NCBI GenBank assembly: GCA_977017575.1
Contig: CDRNVI010000009.1
Coordinates: 62,001-126,000 of the forward strand
Source: Paramoeba atlantica
Taxonomy: Eukaryota > Protista > Discosea
Direction: 5' to 3'
DNA: 64,000 nt
Positions 1 through 12,168 of this stretch are shown here, piece by piece (the first letter of the stretch is position 1; each line of letters opens with the position of its first letter). The notes beneath the pieces are model-generated. The model did no database searches. It had not been told where the DNA came from and saw nothing but the letters and a program-made list of their open reading frames with translations. The position numbers and the translations under genes are program-made.

Positions 1-271
1 GTAGCGTTGCCCGATGAGCCGGGAGTAGGGGAGGGTACAGCCCCGGATGTGTACGGCGTCCGGGGAGGTGGAGGGCGGTGAGGTCGGGACAGGGATCTCA
101 ACGCAGTGGACGAAGTTGTAGCCAGAGGAGAGAAAGAGGATGTCACCTGGTTGTACAACACTTCGGGAGTGGAACATGGTTAAGTTTATAAGGGTATAGG
201 AGGATAAGGGGCTTGATTCTACTCGTGGTATACTTTGAATGTCAAAGATAACGCTGTAGGACTAAAATATA

Positions 272-1053
272 CAGGGGGGGTCACGAAAACTGTTACACCT
301 GCCAAATTTGGCCTATGCGGCCGTTTTGGCTAATTTTTGTTGCATTTTGCAGATCTCAGTGTTAATATCGTGTTGAAACCATTCCGAGTACAAGAGTAGA
401 CGGGGTAGGGTGATTCTTTGGACTCCGAAAACAAGAATTTTATAGTTTTTGCAAATCCTTTTGGCTACCAAAAAATATCATATTTAACATTCTGTAGTCA
501 ATGGAGCCACCATTTTTGTCCCGCAGCTCTTGTAATCGAGTTGGGAGGCTGTTTATTGCTGATTTTTCCAGCAAGCATCTGTCGAAATTCGTCAGTATCA
601 CAGGTGTTTTCGCGTGTGTACTTCTTTCGCTTTACATCACCCGTTTCTTCAAAACGCTTAATGTAGCGCGATACAGAAGTGTGTGAACAGTTCTCGAACA
701 GCTGTCTCGCGCAAAGAGGCCCCTTGGTCCACCTCGTGAGAGCAAACCACCCTAGTGGCATAATATGTTTGCTCCGGCGAAAGCTGGCGACGATTTAGAC
801 GGGATCGTTTCCCCATTTTCGACAAAAAACAGATCAAAAAAACAAAAGAGGGACTTTTTCTTGCATTTTTGCATTTTTTGGGGGTGAATTTTTCGTATAT
901 TTTGTACCAAAATTATTGTTTTCGGAAAATCGAAAAGTTGTTGGTTTCAACACGATATTAACACTGAGATCTGCAAAATACAACAAAAATTAGCCGAAAC
1001 GGCCGCATAGGCCAAAATTGGCAGGTGTAACAGTTTTCGTGCCCCCCCCCCTG
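272..1053. mobile_element. Internally deleted Tc1/mariner-type element with ~110-bp TIRs
   Basis: 272-380 (CAGGGGGGGTCACGAAAACTGTTACACCTGCC...) is the reverse complement of ~945-1053, with TA on both sides. The internal minus-strand ORF 498-761 has a Tc1-like HTH remnant (SVSRYIKRFEETGDV). Confidence 0.85.
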
Positions 1054-1117
1054 TATTGTCGCATACCATGGTAATGTGGTAAATAATGTGTTAGTTACTG
1101 TGACCCCCCCCTTAATA

Positions 1118-1638
1118 CAGGGGGGTGCAGCTAAATCTGGTGGATCTAAGATTTGTAAACTTTAGAAAATAACAGCGCATTCGAGAGCTCTCGCGAATCC
1201 CTCGGGTGGAAAGTGCGTCGTTTTCCACACCTTGCATAGCGTGGATAAGGTCGAAAACGTCAATTGCAAGCTCTTTTGCACAGCTTACCTCAGAACAAGA
1301 CCCTGTTTTGGCGTACCTCTCCAGACAACGCACTCTACCATCGGTTGCCCAATGAATGGTAATGAGCCTTTTAAGACACTTCCTGGTGAATGGACTCACC
1401 TTTCATTCACGGATACCGAAAAAACGTAAAACAACATGCCAAAAATACAAAAATAATGTAAGATTGCCAGTTTTCTTTTTGCATTTTCGTTATGAAAACG
1501 GTAAGGCTCTAAACGGCGGGAAACGACGTATTTTCCACCAGAGGGATTTGCGAGAGCTGTCCAATGCGCTATGATTTTCTAAAATTAGCCAAGTTTTACA
1601 ATTTTTAGACCCCTCCAAGATTTAGTTGCAATCCCCTG
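1118..1638. mobile_element. Non-autonomous Tc1/mariner-type element inserted into another MITE
   Basis: ~100-bp imperfect TIRs (CAGGGG...GCGCATTCGAGAGCTCTCGC) with TA flanks. Removing it restores CTGTGACCCCCCCTT..TACTTCGCCC, the MITE end also seen at 49349. A solo end of the same family is at ~38552. Confidence 0.75.
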
Positions 1639-2106
1639 TACTTCGCCCATTTTAAGCAGAAACGAAGTAAGAGGGGGCGCCTGAATTGTTTTTCATGGGT
1701 CTGAAAATTGTTCGCCACTGTAAAAAAACCTTGCCGTTTCGCGGCGCAACTCATCCAGTTTTCATGTCTCACCTTCCATTTCTACCGGCACTGCTATCTT
1801 ATCGATAGTACATACGCCGACCTTTATTAGAGAAAAAAATTAGAGAAAGAAACGGAGAAAAAAAGAAACCGGCAATATTGAAATTTTATGAAAGAATGCT
1901 GGCCCCCACTTTAGAGTCCAAATGCCCAAAATCGGCGGACTCTTAGGTAGAGGGGTACAGCAAGAGATTTTTTTTTGATTGAATTGACTTTGCCATTATC
2001 TAGGCATTGAGAAATAATGAATGAGGAAAAAATCTAAAAAAATTATCCCTTCCCTACTCAGCCACACCCGGACGCACATCAGTATAATATTGGTAAGCTG
2101 GCTTCA

Positions 2107-2742
2107 TCAGTAATATTGGTAAGTTATTCGTCCGTCTGCCCATCGAGTCGTATCTCTCTTAAGTTTACCATTCCAAACCTCAATATTTGTTCCGCTCATA
2201 TCGTACGTTGTTCGCTTTGGCATCACATGTTCCCCCAAAGTTCCCCCTAGCTCCACGTTATCCAGCAGCCAAATAGCGCTTAGTGAGTCAGGCATCTTAC
2301 TGAAGTCCAATACTCCGTGAAACAAGTTCTCCGAAAGTCCTAGAACATTCATTGTTTGAGGGAGACGAGTAAAATCCGGGGTTCCAATGAGGTTGTTGCT
2401 ATCCACAAAGAAGTACGCAAGCTGAGGCGGCAGATTACTCATTTGAAGTTCCCCTGTTAATTGATTGTAATGAACGGAGAAATATGTAAGAGATCTTGGT
2501 AAGTACTCCCAGCAAATCGACCCCTGAAGCTTATAATTGTACCAGTTGACTTTTTCCAGCACTCCGTCAGCATTGTATTCCAATCCTTTGCGTTGAGAAA
2601 GTGGTGTATTTGAGTCCCAGGAAGAATGCGGATTCTGTACTTTTTGAATAAGCATTGCAAATTCATTCTCTGGTCAAAACACATTACCTCGAACTTTTCC
2701 AGCGCGTGAAACGGCACTGACCTCACTAGTTTCTGATGACAT
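2107..2742 (-). pseudogene. LRR-family gene with an in-frame TGA
   Basis: The frame extends upstream of the ORF call: MSSETSEVSAVSRAGKVRGNVF*PENEFAMLIQ. The stop at 2674-2676 aligns with Ser in a paralogue (GKVRGSILSPE). Downstream are LP-x-L-x-x-F-x-V-x-x-N repeats. Confidence 0.75.
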
Positions 2743-2790
2743 GCAAAGCTTAACAGATTGCGTACACAAGCAAAAAAAAGTGGACCTATA

Positions 2791-2899
2791 CACCCCTTAA
2801 AGGATAGCAGTCCCCCTTCATTTCTATTAAGTATTATTATTTTTATTATAATTAGGTCAAAAACTTAAGGGGGGGTCTGCTTTAATCCTTTAAGGGGTG
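2791..2899. mobile_element. 109-bp MITE of the CACCCCTTAAAGGA TIR family
   Basis: TA|CACCCCTTAAAGGAT...ATCCTTTAAGGGGTG|TA. Same TIR as the element at 15229-30498. Confidence 0.85.
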
Positions 2900-3083
2900 T
2901 ATGATGCAGTGAGTAAGAAAACATGGAATTCAAGGAGGATTGCACGCTTTTTGGAAGAAACAAATAATGAGCACGCTTTCTCAAGACGCAGTTTATACAT
3001 CTGGTTTGCTATCGTATGAATTGCATGTAATTCTCATTTCTATCTTTTCGTTAAACGAGGTGCCTATTTTCAATTTATACAGT

Positions 3084-3139
3084 AAGTCACCACTGCTGCG
3101 CACTTCGCGTTGAAAACTACCTCCGCGTTTAACGGAGAG
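3084..3139. repeat. Truncated copy (loop plus one arm) of the ~125-bp hairpin repeat
   Basis: GCTGCGCACTTCGCGTTGAAAACTACCTCCGCGTTTAACG matches the copies at 34.7, 38.9 and 45.5 kb. Confidence 0.6.
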
Positions 3140-3228
3140 TTCTCGGTGCGGTCTCTGGCGAAGCCCCTGCAGCCCCTCGTTTGGTTTCTTCAATCACATC
3201 ATGAACTAAGTCAATCACAAACAAAAAA

Positions 3229-4227
3229 CTAATCCAGAATTTTAATTTTTGTACCTTCCACGCAACTCTCTTTCCCCACTTTAAGCCGTAGGGAAGTTTT
3301 TTTCACTTCTCCGCAAAGATCCTGGTTATTGGCCACCGTAAAATATCTTAATTGGAATGGAAGATGGGACAAGTCTACATTACCCGAAAATTTATTGTCA
3401 TGGAGATGTAATAGAACCAGGCTTCGCTCACGTAGTTTGTTTAGACCCAATGTCCCGGACAACGCGTTGCAATTGAGATATAGTGAGTTCATCTTTGGAG
3501 GAAGTAAATCCAAACAAATACTTCCGGTAAATTTATTATGATTCAAAGTAAGATAGGTCATGCTTTCCGGTAAGGATGTCAAATCCAGGGATCCATCGAG
3601 AGCGTTGTGATCCAGTGTAAGTGTTCTCATCGTGGCGTGCAAACGTGTAAGAGAAATGCTTCCGCTAAATTTGTTTTTGTTCAAATACAACGACTGTAGG
3701 GTATCTGGCAAAACCGTCAAGTCTACAACCCCACTAAATTGATTACCACTACGGCATAAATACTCCAGCTTGGAGGGTAATTCTTCCCAGGACACCTCAC
3801 CGGTACATCCTTTAGCTTCCTTATCTTGAGCCACAGAGAACAGTGTAACATGTGAGGGCAGGTAAGAAAGGTGTATGGTGCCTGTTACTACCTTATGGTG
3901 CCAATTCACTTCGTTCACTTCTCCCTTGTCATCACAAGTAAGACCGTCCCAGTCACACGCAGGAGTTTCGATCGTCCATGAGGGATGCGTCCCTTCCACG
4001 TCTCGAATCAAACGTGCGAGCTCGTATTCTTGGGGAAGATTCGCAGATCGGACTCTTGCACTCCTGCTCTGGGTGGAGTTTGTTCCCCCGATAACAGGCT
4101 GTGCTTCGTAATCCTGCTTACGTCGTTTGGAAGGCGGTGAGCCAATATCAGAAAACAAAAAACTCGAAACGGACATGGAAAAAGCGGGTGAAAGGGGCAT
4201 AATTTTGTACCGGTATGAAAATGGCAT
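3229..4227 (-). CDS. Leucine-rich repeat protein with an NLS-like motif
   Basis: 332-aa ORF. LRRNT-like cap (ACDWDGLTCDDKG), ~8 repeats of LPxxLxxLxLxxNxFxGxxxL, and PPSKRRKQ near the N-terminus. The start codon may be further downstream. Confidence 0.9.
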   Translation of the reverse strand: MPFSYRYKIMPLSPAFSMSVSSFLFSDIGSPPSKRRKQDYEAQPVIGGTNSTQSRSARVRSANLPQEYELARLIRDVEGTHPSWTIETPACDWDGLTCDDKGEVNEVNWHHKVVTGTIHLSYLPSHVTLFSVAQDKEAKGCTGEVSWEELPSKLEYLCRSGNQFSGVVDLTVLPDTLQSLYLNKNKFSGSISLTRLHATMRTLTLDHNALDGSLDLTSLPESMTYLTLNHNKFTGSICLDLLPPKMNSLYLNCNALSGTLGLNKLRERSLVLLHLHDNKFSGNVDLSHLPFQLRYFTVANNQDLCGEVKKTSLRLKVGKESCVEGTKIKILD

Positions 4228-4275
4228 ATTTTTCCGACGAACTAGAAAAGGTTTTTATAAACCTCTAAACATTTA

Positions 4276-5018
4276 CCGTCCCCCCCTATTTAGTGTTTAG
4301 TAGAATTGGGCAAAATTAAACACTAAGTAGGGGAGAGGAAATATCAATGAAAAAGACGCGAAAAACAGATAAAAAATGAAAAAATGAGCGGAAAAAAACG
4401 GTGCCGCTTTGCGACGCTGTTCGTTGATACCGAAACTACACTCGAAAACTTTCGAAACGAACCAGCTGATGTTCTCCGCGTTTCGGGATCCATGAAATCC
4501 TCCACACTCTTTCAAGAGTTCTAATCTTTCGTTTAGTCTTGCAGAGCTTGTTAAGCAGCCTCTTGATAATTGCATCCTTGGCATTGATTTTTTCTCCAAG
4601 GACTTGAATTGTTCGTCACTTGGATCTGAAATTAATTGTGGAACGGGTGCTTCCTTTTCAGGGGACAAAGAGTCAAGGCTGATATCGTCATCAGCTCCGC
4701 GCGATACATCGGAGTTAAGACCCTTTATTTCCCCTACTGCTTCTAAAAGCTTTGCGTCTAACCCAGGCGACAATGGTCCATTTCCTTGCGCTTCGGCACT
4801 ATTTTTTCGGTGTTCTCTGTGGTAATCTGAGTATGCCTAAAAAGAAATTAACTAAAAACAAGTCTCGCAGCTCTTTCAAGGTTGGTCCCATTTTTCGTGA
4901 ACGGGGTTGTACAAAATAAAAATGGGCGCCGCTTCGCGGCGCCAATTTCTGCGAAGTCTTGAAATTAAACACTAAATAGGGGGGGCAAGGTACTAAATAG
5001 TAAATAGGGGGGGGGCGG
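4276..5018. mobile_element. TA-flanked MITE-like element
   Basis: TA|CCGTCCCCCCTATTTAG...TAAATAGGGGGGGGGCGG|TA, with internally repeated AAACACTAA(A/G)TAGGGG motifs. The minus-strand ORF 4297-4773 inside is of unknown status. Confidence 0.65.
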
Positions 5019-5575
5019 TATATATTCGGCAATTTTGAAATAAATTCTAATCATATTAGAATGAAGGGAAAATAGGACTCGGTTCGAATTTTGCGGGGCA
5101 TTGCTAAGAGAGCAACAATGCACGTGAGATCTTCTTGAAGAAACCCCTTTTCTGACGAAACGTACGTCCATGTCGGGGACGGTACGTCTGATGTACATCT
5201 TATTTGAACCCATGAATTAGGCCTACCATAGTGAATGATGCCAGAAAATATATGATACAAAATAAAAGGTAGTATTTCGGCAAAAATGTACCCTAAAATT
5301 TAAAAACTGGTAATTTTTTGTCATTTATTTTTTTATTTATTTTTGAAGAAAATATATAGTTTGAACATTTACAAAAAACATTTCAACACATTTCCAGAAC
5401 AATAGGCAGTTACAACGTTCACAAATGTCATGTACATGCATTGCTTCATAACACTTTAGAGTTATGAGACTTCTAGGGTCTATAAAGGAGGGTAAATACC
5501 CCCTGTATACGGGGGTACATGTATTGATGTTGGTTACTCAGAGTAACTTACTCTAGGTTTCTTTAAATGAATAAC

Positions 5576-6328
5576 TCACTTTGGACCTCGTTGTATTCCA
5601 ACGTTAACCACACGCGGTGGAGGGTGAGGCAAAATCTGTGAAAAGCAGTTGTCGGATATGTCGATAGATTCCAAAGCTTCTGGTAGGGAGCCAAGACGTG
5701 CTGTCCCTTCAAAAGCATTGCTTTCCATATCCAGCCGAGACAACTTGTCAGGTAGATGTTCCAAGTCAACGGTCCCAGTAAACCTATTTTGGCTCAGGTA
5801 AAGCCAACGCAATTTCCGCGGCAGTCCCAAAAGATCCAAATTTCCATATAATTTATTCCAATGTAATTGTACATCTATTAAACCGGGGGGTAGGACGGTC
5901 AAGTCTACAGTGCCCTCAAACCCGTTCCAGCACAGCGACAAGAACACCAAACTCCTGGGCAGCTCCCCAATGGATATTGTTCCCACGAATTGGTTTACCC
6001 CTAGATCGATTATGTGCAATGAAGCAGGTAAATGATCCCATGCCACCGTGCCTGAAAATTTGTTTTTCTCTAAGCTGATTCCTTGGAGAGAGTGAGGCAG
6101 TGCGCTCCATAGAATGGATCCACTGAGATCTTGATTTTGCCAACGTATGTGACAAATTTCTCCTTCATCACTACACACGACACCATTCCATTCGCAGACG
6201 TCTTGCTCTACACTCCAAGTTTGATCCGGATTATGGATCAAAGATACAACTTGGCTGAGCTGTATTTCCGGGGACAATATAGAGCCCCGCACCTTACCCA
6301 GTTTTATGTCTGCGAGGGCGATAATCAT
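5576..6328 (-). CDS. Leucine-rich repeat protein
   Basis: 250-aa ORF with the GKVRG family motif, a CEWNGVVC cap and LPxxLxxLxLxxNxFxG repeats. Confidence 0.92.
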   Translation of the reverse strand: MIIALADIKLGKVRGSILSPEIQLSQVVSLIHNPDQTWSVEQDVCEWNGVVCSDEGEICHIRWQNQDLSGSILWSALPHSLQGISLEKNKFSGTVAWDHLPASLHIIDLGVNQFVGTISIGELPRSLVFLSLCWNGFEGTVDLTVLPPGLIDVQLHWNKLYGNLDLLGLPRKLRWLYLSQNRFTGTVDLEHLPDKLSRLDMESNAFEGTARLGSLPEALESIDISDNCFSQILPHPPPRVVNVGIQRGPK

Positions 6329-6893
6329 CTAAAAATATTAAGTATGGTAGAGAAACAAGAACTTATATTCATTTCCCAGGGTTTCAGCCCTCCTACAAAA
6401 ACAAGGGTAAAAATAAGTAAAAAATTACATGAAACTCAAAAAACTACCATCGAGAAGTTTAACTAGTCACAGAATGAGAAGACTCGCCCGTAGGCAGCTC
6501 CGGATAAAAATGGAGCAAGAATACGATACTCTATGGTCAATGTACTTGTACTGTAGAGTGTTCCCTCCGTGCACATTAAATAAATGATTACCCGTCGCAG
6601 AGGAGGACGCCATCCAACAATGCGAGGGGAACGACAACATGGTTTGAACATGGTTGCACTCAGAAACTAAACACGATGGATTGGGTGACAGTAACTTAAA
6701 TAATTCATTTATTTACTCCACCAAATTAAGTCTAAATACGAAGATTACGATAAGACCAAGGGTGTAAACTCCAATTCATATTCTAATTGAGATGATCTGC
6801 ACAAATTCAATTGGCGTTTTTAGTAGATAAAATGAGATAAAAATGAAAGACAAAGCTTTACAAAATAAAATACAAATGTCACGATAAATAAAT

Positions 6894-7763
6894 TTATGAG
6901 ACATAGCATAGTTTTGTGTCGGTGTATCGAAAGTCGCCCAGTGACGGAGGAAAATCAGCCTTGTCAATCTTACCACTCAACTCCGAGTTGCTATCAAGGA
7001 ACAATTTTATTAATCGATTGGGAAGACGATCTAGCTGTACAGGACCAGAAAAGTAGTTGTGATCGCAGTAGAGTTCTCGGAGCGACGAAGGTAAACGCGT
7101 TAGGTGAAGTGGTCCTGTAAACTTATTGAAACCCAACACGAGGCGCCGTAGCCACTGAGGCAAACTACGGAGATCGACATCTCCGGAAAGAGAATTGTAT
7201 TGAAGACTTAATTCATGTAACGTTTCAGGAAGATGGGTGAGATCTACACAGCCCTGAAACTTGTTATCACCCAAATACAATTTGTCCAATTCACTTACTA
7301 TATGGCTCAAGTCGAGTTCACCGAAAAATTTATTGGAACCGACATTTAGTGACGCGAGACCTTGGGGTAAAACTTCAAACGGTATTGTTCCAGAAAGATT
7401 GTTACCTGAAAAATCACAGCTCAATACTGTTTTCGGAAGCCACATCCACTGAACTGATCCCGATAAACGTAAACAATCCCACTCGAGCACCACAACGTAT
7501 GTGTCGTCTTGACAGAATACATTTTGCCACTCACACGCAGGGGTTGATGAGGTCCAGGTGGCATGCGGGTTCGTAATATTTTCGATGAATCGTGCGAGTT
7601 CATACTCCTGTGGCAAATTCGCTCCTCGCACTTTGCTGGGTAGTCGAGTTCCAGGATTCACGTTGGAAACATCCTTTGTATTAACCACTGCACAAAAGGG
7701 TGCGGCGTTTTGGGTAGGTCTGAACATTTTCACGAATAACCAAATCAATAGAATACTTTTCAT
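6894..7763 (-). CDS. Leucine-rich repeat protein
   Basis: 289-aa ORF with a hydrophobic N-terminus, KVRGANLPQEYELARF, a CEWQNVFC cap and LRR repeats. Confidence 0.92.
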   Translation of the reverse strand: MKSILLIWLFVKMFRPTQNAAPFCAVVNTKDVSNVNPGTRLPSKVRGANLPQEYELARFIENITNPHATWTSSTPACEWQNVFCQDDTYVVVLEWDCLRLSGSVQWMWLPKTVLSCDFSGNNLSGTIPFEVLPQGLASLNVGSNKFFGELDLSHIVSELDKLYLGDNKFQGCVDLTHLPETLHELSLQYNSLSGDVDLRSLPQWLRRLVLGFNKFTGPLHLTRLPSSLRELYCDHNYFSGPVQLDRLPNRLIKLFLDSNSELSGKIDKADFPPSLGDFRYTDTKLCYVS

Positions 7764-7996
7764 ACCATTAGTAAGGAAGATAACCTGCTTTATTAGGCTT
7801 TACAGAATACATACCTAACAGAGGAAATCGGGTAATTACCCGGTACATGGTGACAATTGCTAACTAGTGTGGAGAAATGAAAACAATCGAAATTTACAAA
7901 TAAATAGGAGAAATACAAAAATTAACATTGGTATTATTGTACATTGTAAATAAAAATATTATCTAATGTATCTAATAAAAATATTTTCTAATCACA

Positions 7997-8956
7997 TTTA
8001 CAGACGTACTTGCTCTATCCATTTTCTCTAACCCGCACATGCGGGGTTTTTAACAGACTAAGTCCTGTGCATGTAAATTCATTTTTTTTGTACGAAAAAA
8101 ATCTATTAGTAAATGATAATGATCCTATACGTGGAGGTGCAAATATGTGTATTTGCAGCGCGAACATATTACAAAAAAAAAAATAGCTACAATGATAGGT
8201 ATTCTAGTATTTGTTATATAATATTTCTATTTTATCAACTATATTTAAAAACATTTTACCTTTTTACCCTACTTTTTCTTCTCTACCAGCGTTTCAATGA
8301 ATGCTTTGCCCTTCTTGCGGAGTCGTGCTGCTTCATCTGAAAGTGCTTTGCGTTCAGCGGCTGACAGCTTCTTATACTTGGCAGACACCTTCTTTACCGC
8401 CGCGAGAAAACATGCCTTATGATTCTTGTGGGTTCCCTTCTCTGCCTGGTATATTGCTGGCATGGTACGCTTTAAGAACAAGCTATAAGGAAGGTAGCGT
8501 GCGCTTTTCACTTGTGCTCTGAGCGCTGTTTTCTGTTTCATATTCTGGGCAGCAATCTTATCCAAGGACCGGACTTGAGCAGGAGGTAACTTTTTAAAAG
8601 CGGCATGAAGTCCGGCGAGATCTGGGTATCCCTTTTTACCTTTGCATGACTTTGCTATAAATACACGCAGCGCACTTGTCGGTGCTGAGTTTCCAGCCCA
8701 TGGCTTCTTGATAACTTTACGACGAAGCTTTGCGATGTTCTTGGTGAGGTTTGGAAGTGCACGTGAAAACATTACAAGTAGAAAGACAGGGTAAAAGAGA
8801 GAGAGCTGCGTTCAACAAAGTAGACTTTGTGTGACACAAACGTACAAGAAAGCCCAGCAAATCGTAAAGAAATTATAGGTGAAAAACGGGGAACTTTACC
8901 CTTAAATGACATTTTTACCCCTTAATGACGTTGGGTACGTCTCTACTTCTTGAATT
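7997..8956. repeat. ~960-bp dispersed duplication, copy 1, carrying the KAP-like gene
   Basis: Near-identical direct repeat of 32826-33805, including both UTRs. Confidence 0.92.
8269..8772 (-). CDS. Basic K/A-rich HMG-box-like protein resembling kinetoplast-associated proteins (KAP)
   Basis: 167 aa. MFSRA... resembles a mitochondrial presequence. Two degenerate HMG-like segments (e.g. PYSLFLK...KVSAKYKKLSAAERKAL). The KAP assignment is by resemblance. Confidence 0.7.
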   Translation of the reverse strand: MFSRALPNLTKNIAKLRRKVIKKPWAGNSAPTSALRVFIAKSCKGKKGYPDLAGLHAAFKKLPPAQVRSLDKIAAQNMKQKTALRAQVKSARYLPYSLFLKRTMPAIYQAEKGTHKNHKACFLAAVKKVSAKYKKLSAAERKALSDEAARLRKKGKAFIETLVEKKK

Positions 8957-10385
8957 GTAACCAGAGCTGGATCCTTCGCCTTGCCGTGACGCTCTGGGTT
9001 AGAACCATGCAAATGGTCAACCAAGAAAGGATCGTTACCGGGAGTGTGAAGCTTGCGACTGACACCCCATCATAACTGATATACATGTCTTAGATGGTAC
9101 ATATTCTTTGGACGATAAATAATTTGGAAGATAAAGGTTTTTGAACGATATATTCAGGGTCTTGGCTGATACATGTTTTTGGATGATACGTGTTTTTAAG
9201 TGATGCATTTGTTGTAATACCTCGTGTTGCACATTTAATATTTTATGTTTCTTTTAGTTTGTCTACGATGTCCCATGCATTTTTAACTTTCCCCCCATGA
9301 AAATTTCTTACATCGTAAAATTTAAATGTTGTCGCAGAATATAACCTATTGAATATCAACTTAAATTTTAGAACTACAAAACACTGTGGCGCAACTTTAT
9401 AATCAAAGCGATGATGAAACTGACATGGAAGAAAATTGTTCTGAATTAGAAATGGTTCAACGAATCTAAGTCATTCCGGATTGCTCCGATTGATCACTGG
9501 CAGGCCAGACCCTTCACATGTAGATTTGAAACTTTCGAGGCCGAAGTCCTCTAACTGTTTTCGTTAGTACAAGGCAGCAACAACGTGCTGCTACTAACCC
9601 GTTGCGTCGACGAACCCAAGACAATCTTCAAAAGTTATCATTCCTGCAGCTACGTAGCATTCCTGTAGCCGTTAACATTCCCCCCGGAACGTTAAACCGG
9701 ACTGTGGCTTAAAATCCCGGTATGACGGCGTCGTCTTCACCAAGAAAGTTGCACCAAGAACCTTTGTGCATCGATCTTTGTGCGCCATCTGTGTCCCCCC
9801 CTTTGAAGACCACTGGGCGTGGCCCTGCCTCGCCTTACCCCGATGCAACAGTCGGTTGCAGTGCACCCCTCCGGCTGTGTAAAGAGGTGGCAAATTGTAT
9901 GGAGAAAAATCTGACACCCCCCTTACTTCACCCCACACGTCCAGTGACTAAATGTGGTGAAGTAAGGGGGGAGGCGAAGTAAGGGGGGGGGTAACGGTAT
10001 ACAGTAAACCCACGTGTAATAGACCCCCCAATAATATGCCCCCCAGTAATAGAACCCCCGGTTGAATCCTATTTATATTGTATCCCGATTTCTTTTTCGT
10101 TTTTTACACGTTTTTTGTCTCCTTTGCGGGCAAAAATGAATATATCGACAGATAATGAAGTATTATTGTATTTTGTTGCTAAGACTCACATAAGTTGACT
10201 TTTTACCGCGCGTTTTTCACTATCCCACCTTGTGTTTGTTCTGATCTTCGATGTGTCCGCACATGGAAAAACGATTCTGATATCCCTCGTGACCTTTCCA
10301 GCTTTCTGAAGTCTCATGGAATCGTGAAAGATGGGATCTGCAGTATGCATCATCTTCCAGGGAGTGTTCACAAGAAAAACAAGTA

Positions 10386-11148
10386 CTGCACCCCCCCCCT
10401 AGTTATCTGTCGCTACTTTTCGAGAAAAGGTGACAGATAACTAGGGGGGGTAGGGGTGCGACAGATAACTAGGGGGGTCAAAGTGCGTCAGATAACTAGG
10501 GGGGTCCGTCGCCAAAAAAAAGCGAGGGAACGAAATGTTACTGAAACGGTATTTTTATTGCCTAGGAAGATTCCTTTCTACCCCAATAGGGCACTACAAG
10601 CTGAAGGCATGCGCCTACGGGTTAAAATAAGCCCAAAGAGTAATTCACACACATTTTACTGGGTTAAAATACTAATTACGTTTCATATATGGGCTAAAGT
10701 AGAACATCGGGAGCTATCGGACTCCAATTTTCACAAAGGTCACGACGGAAAGAATCATTCTTTAAGAATGTCAATATCACGGTTTTCAAATAAGGTGCGA
10801 TACATATTATTTACCACGTGAATTGCACAACTGTTTTCACCAGAACCTTGCTGCGGACAACACATTGGCACTATTAAATACGGCGAAGAGTCCATTTTCA
10901 AATGTTCACATAGACGATCTTTAAATTGAAAGAAGGGAATGATAAAGGGGATGATGGACGGGATAACGAGCTCCGACTCTTGTTTTCCAATTTTAACCAT
11001 AGAACTCCACGCAAAACCATTAACCTAAAAGCAGAACAGAAAAAAATTGAAGTTTCGCTTCTAATTTTATAATTTTTTCATTTAGTTTAGAAAGGCGACA
11101 GATAACTAGGGGGGGCGGGGGGGGTGACAGATAACTAGGGGGGTACAG
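10386..11148. mobile_element. TA-flanked MITE with iterated 17-bp end motif
   Basis: TA|CTGCACCCCCCCCCTAGTTATCTGTC...GACAGATAACTAGGGGGGTACAG|TA. GACAGATAACTAGGGGG occurs 3x at 10433-10505 and 2x at 11096-11143. Confidence 0.8.
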
Positions 11149-11151
11149 TAT

Positions 11152-11879
11152 TTGACTATCTGTCGACAAAAGATTAGAATGAAGAATGGAGCAAATTGCC
11201 GTAGACGACTTTCAAGACTCACACCTTTCTTTTCCGCCAAGCAAAAGCTGCCGTACAAGTTTCGCTATTGGATCAAGTTGTCTCAACGTGTCGATTCTGA
11301 AGCGGCAGCGTCGCAGTGTGAAGACAATAAAAATACAGTCTATAAGTGGAAGAAAGAACTAGTGGGATGGATAAAGGCTGTGAAATATAGAAACGAAAAC
11401 ACCAAATTTTCACACTGTGCTATAGATGAAACCTACTTCTTTAAACGAAAATACTACCGTGGACGCAGGGCCCGGGGAAAATCATTTTGGATGGTTACTG
11501 TGACAGGCATTGAACGAGATGGAAAATGTTCCTCCACAATTTGGACAAGAGTAAAAACCAGAGACAAGGCAACACTGGAGAACATACAAGTTCTCCATTT
11601 GCCAAACATACAATCGACAGCATACGAACTCTTGTGTTAACAGACCAATTTACGAGCTATAGAGATTTAAAACGCACTAGAAACCACAAAACGGTGAATC
11701 ATAGTAGAAAGGTGAAGTTTCGTTTCGTAACGGAGGACTGTGTTCACACGAACAACGCTGAATCATGTCACTCCGCTATAAAACGTATGGTTCTGAAACA
11801 GGGAAGAATGTCCATGCTACCTAAGGAAGCAGATAAAATAATATCGCTGTATACGCTACTGTTTAAGAAAAGAACCTAG
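11152..11879 (+). pseudogene. Merlin (IS1595/ISXO2-like) DDE transposase, frameshifted and 5'-truncated
   Basis: Motifs AIDETYF..RKYYRGR, LTDQFTSY, TVNHS and VHTNNAES lie across ORFs 11152-11640 and 11526-11879, with a frameshift near 11600. Confidence 0.85.
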
Positions 11880-12168
11880 CAACAGCGTTTCCAAGCAAAT
11901 TCGTCTGCTATGAAGAGTGTAAGAGACATCGAAAACATTGAATTGACATCAGAAAGTGGTGACAGCGACAGCGAAAGCGAAGACCAAATGGCGGTGGAAG
12001 CTAACGGGGAGGGGGATCTGGGCGGGGCGAGGGTGGTTGCGCGGGAGCGAGTGTTTTCTTAAAAACGTGTTCTTAAATATTATTACCTTAAATGGGTTGC
12101 CCGAGCTGCTCCGATTTTTCATGCACTGATAAGTCACTTATCAGGACCACTTAAAGTGGTCCTATACT

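Noticed and set aside
1-178. Minus-strand frame with QPGDILFLSSGYNFVHCV, resembling a JmjC/cupin motif
   Set aside because: It is too short and truncated at the window edge to support a call.
9720-9880. CAICVPPFEDH..WPC, resembling a RING-finger start
   Set aside because: The remaining ligands are missing, the frame is broken, and there is no supporting context.
10433-10505. Three spaced 17-bp repeats resembling a mini-CRISPR array
   Set aside because: The spacers are only ~10 bp, the motif is the TIR core of the surrounding MITE, and there are no cas genes.
12143-12163. 21-bp palindrome AGGACCACTT-A-AAGTGGTCCT between Merlin fragments
   Set aside because: No matching element ends or TSD were found, so its meaning cannot be established.
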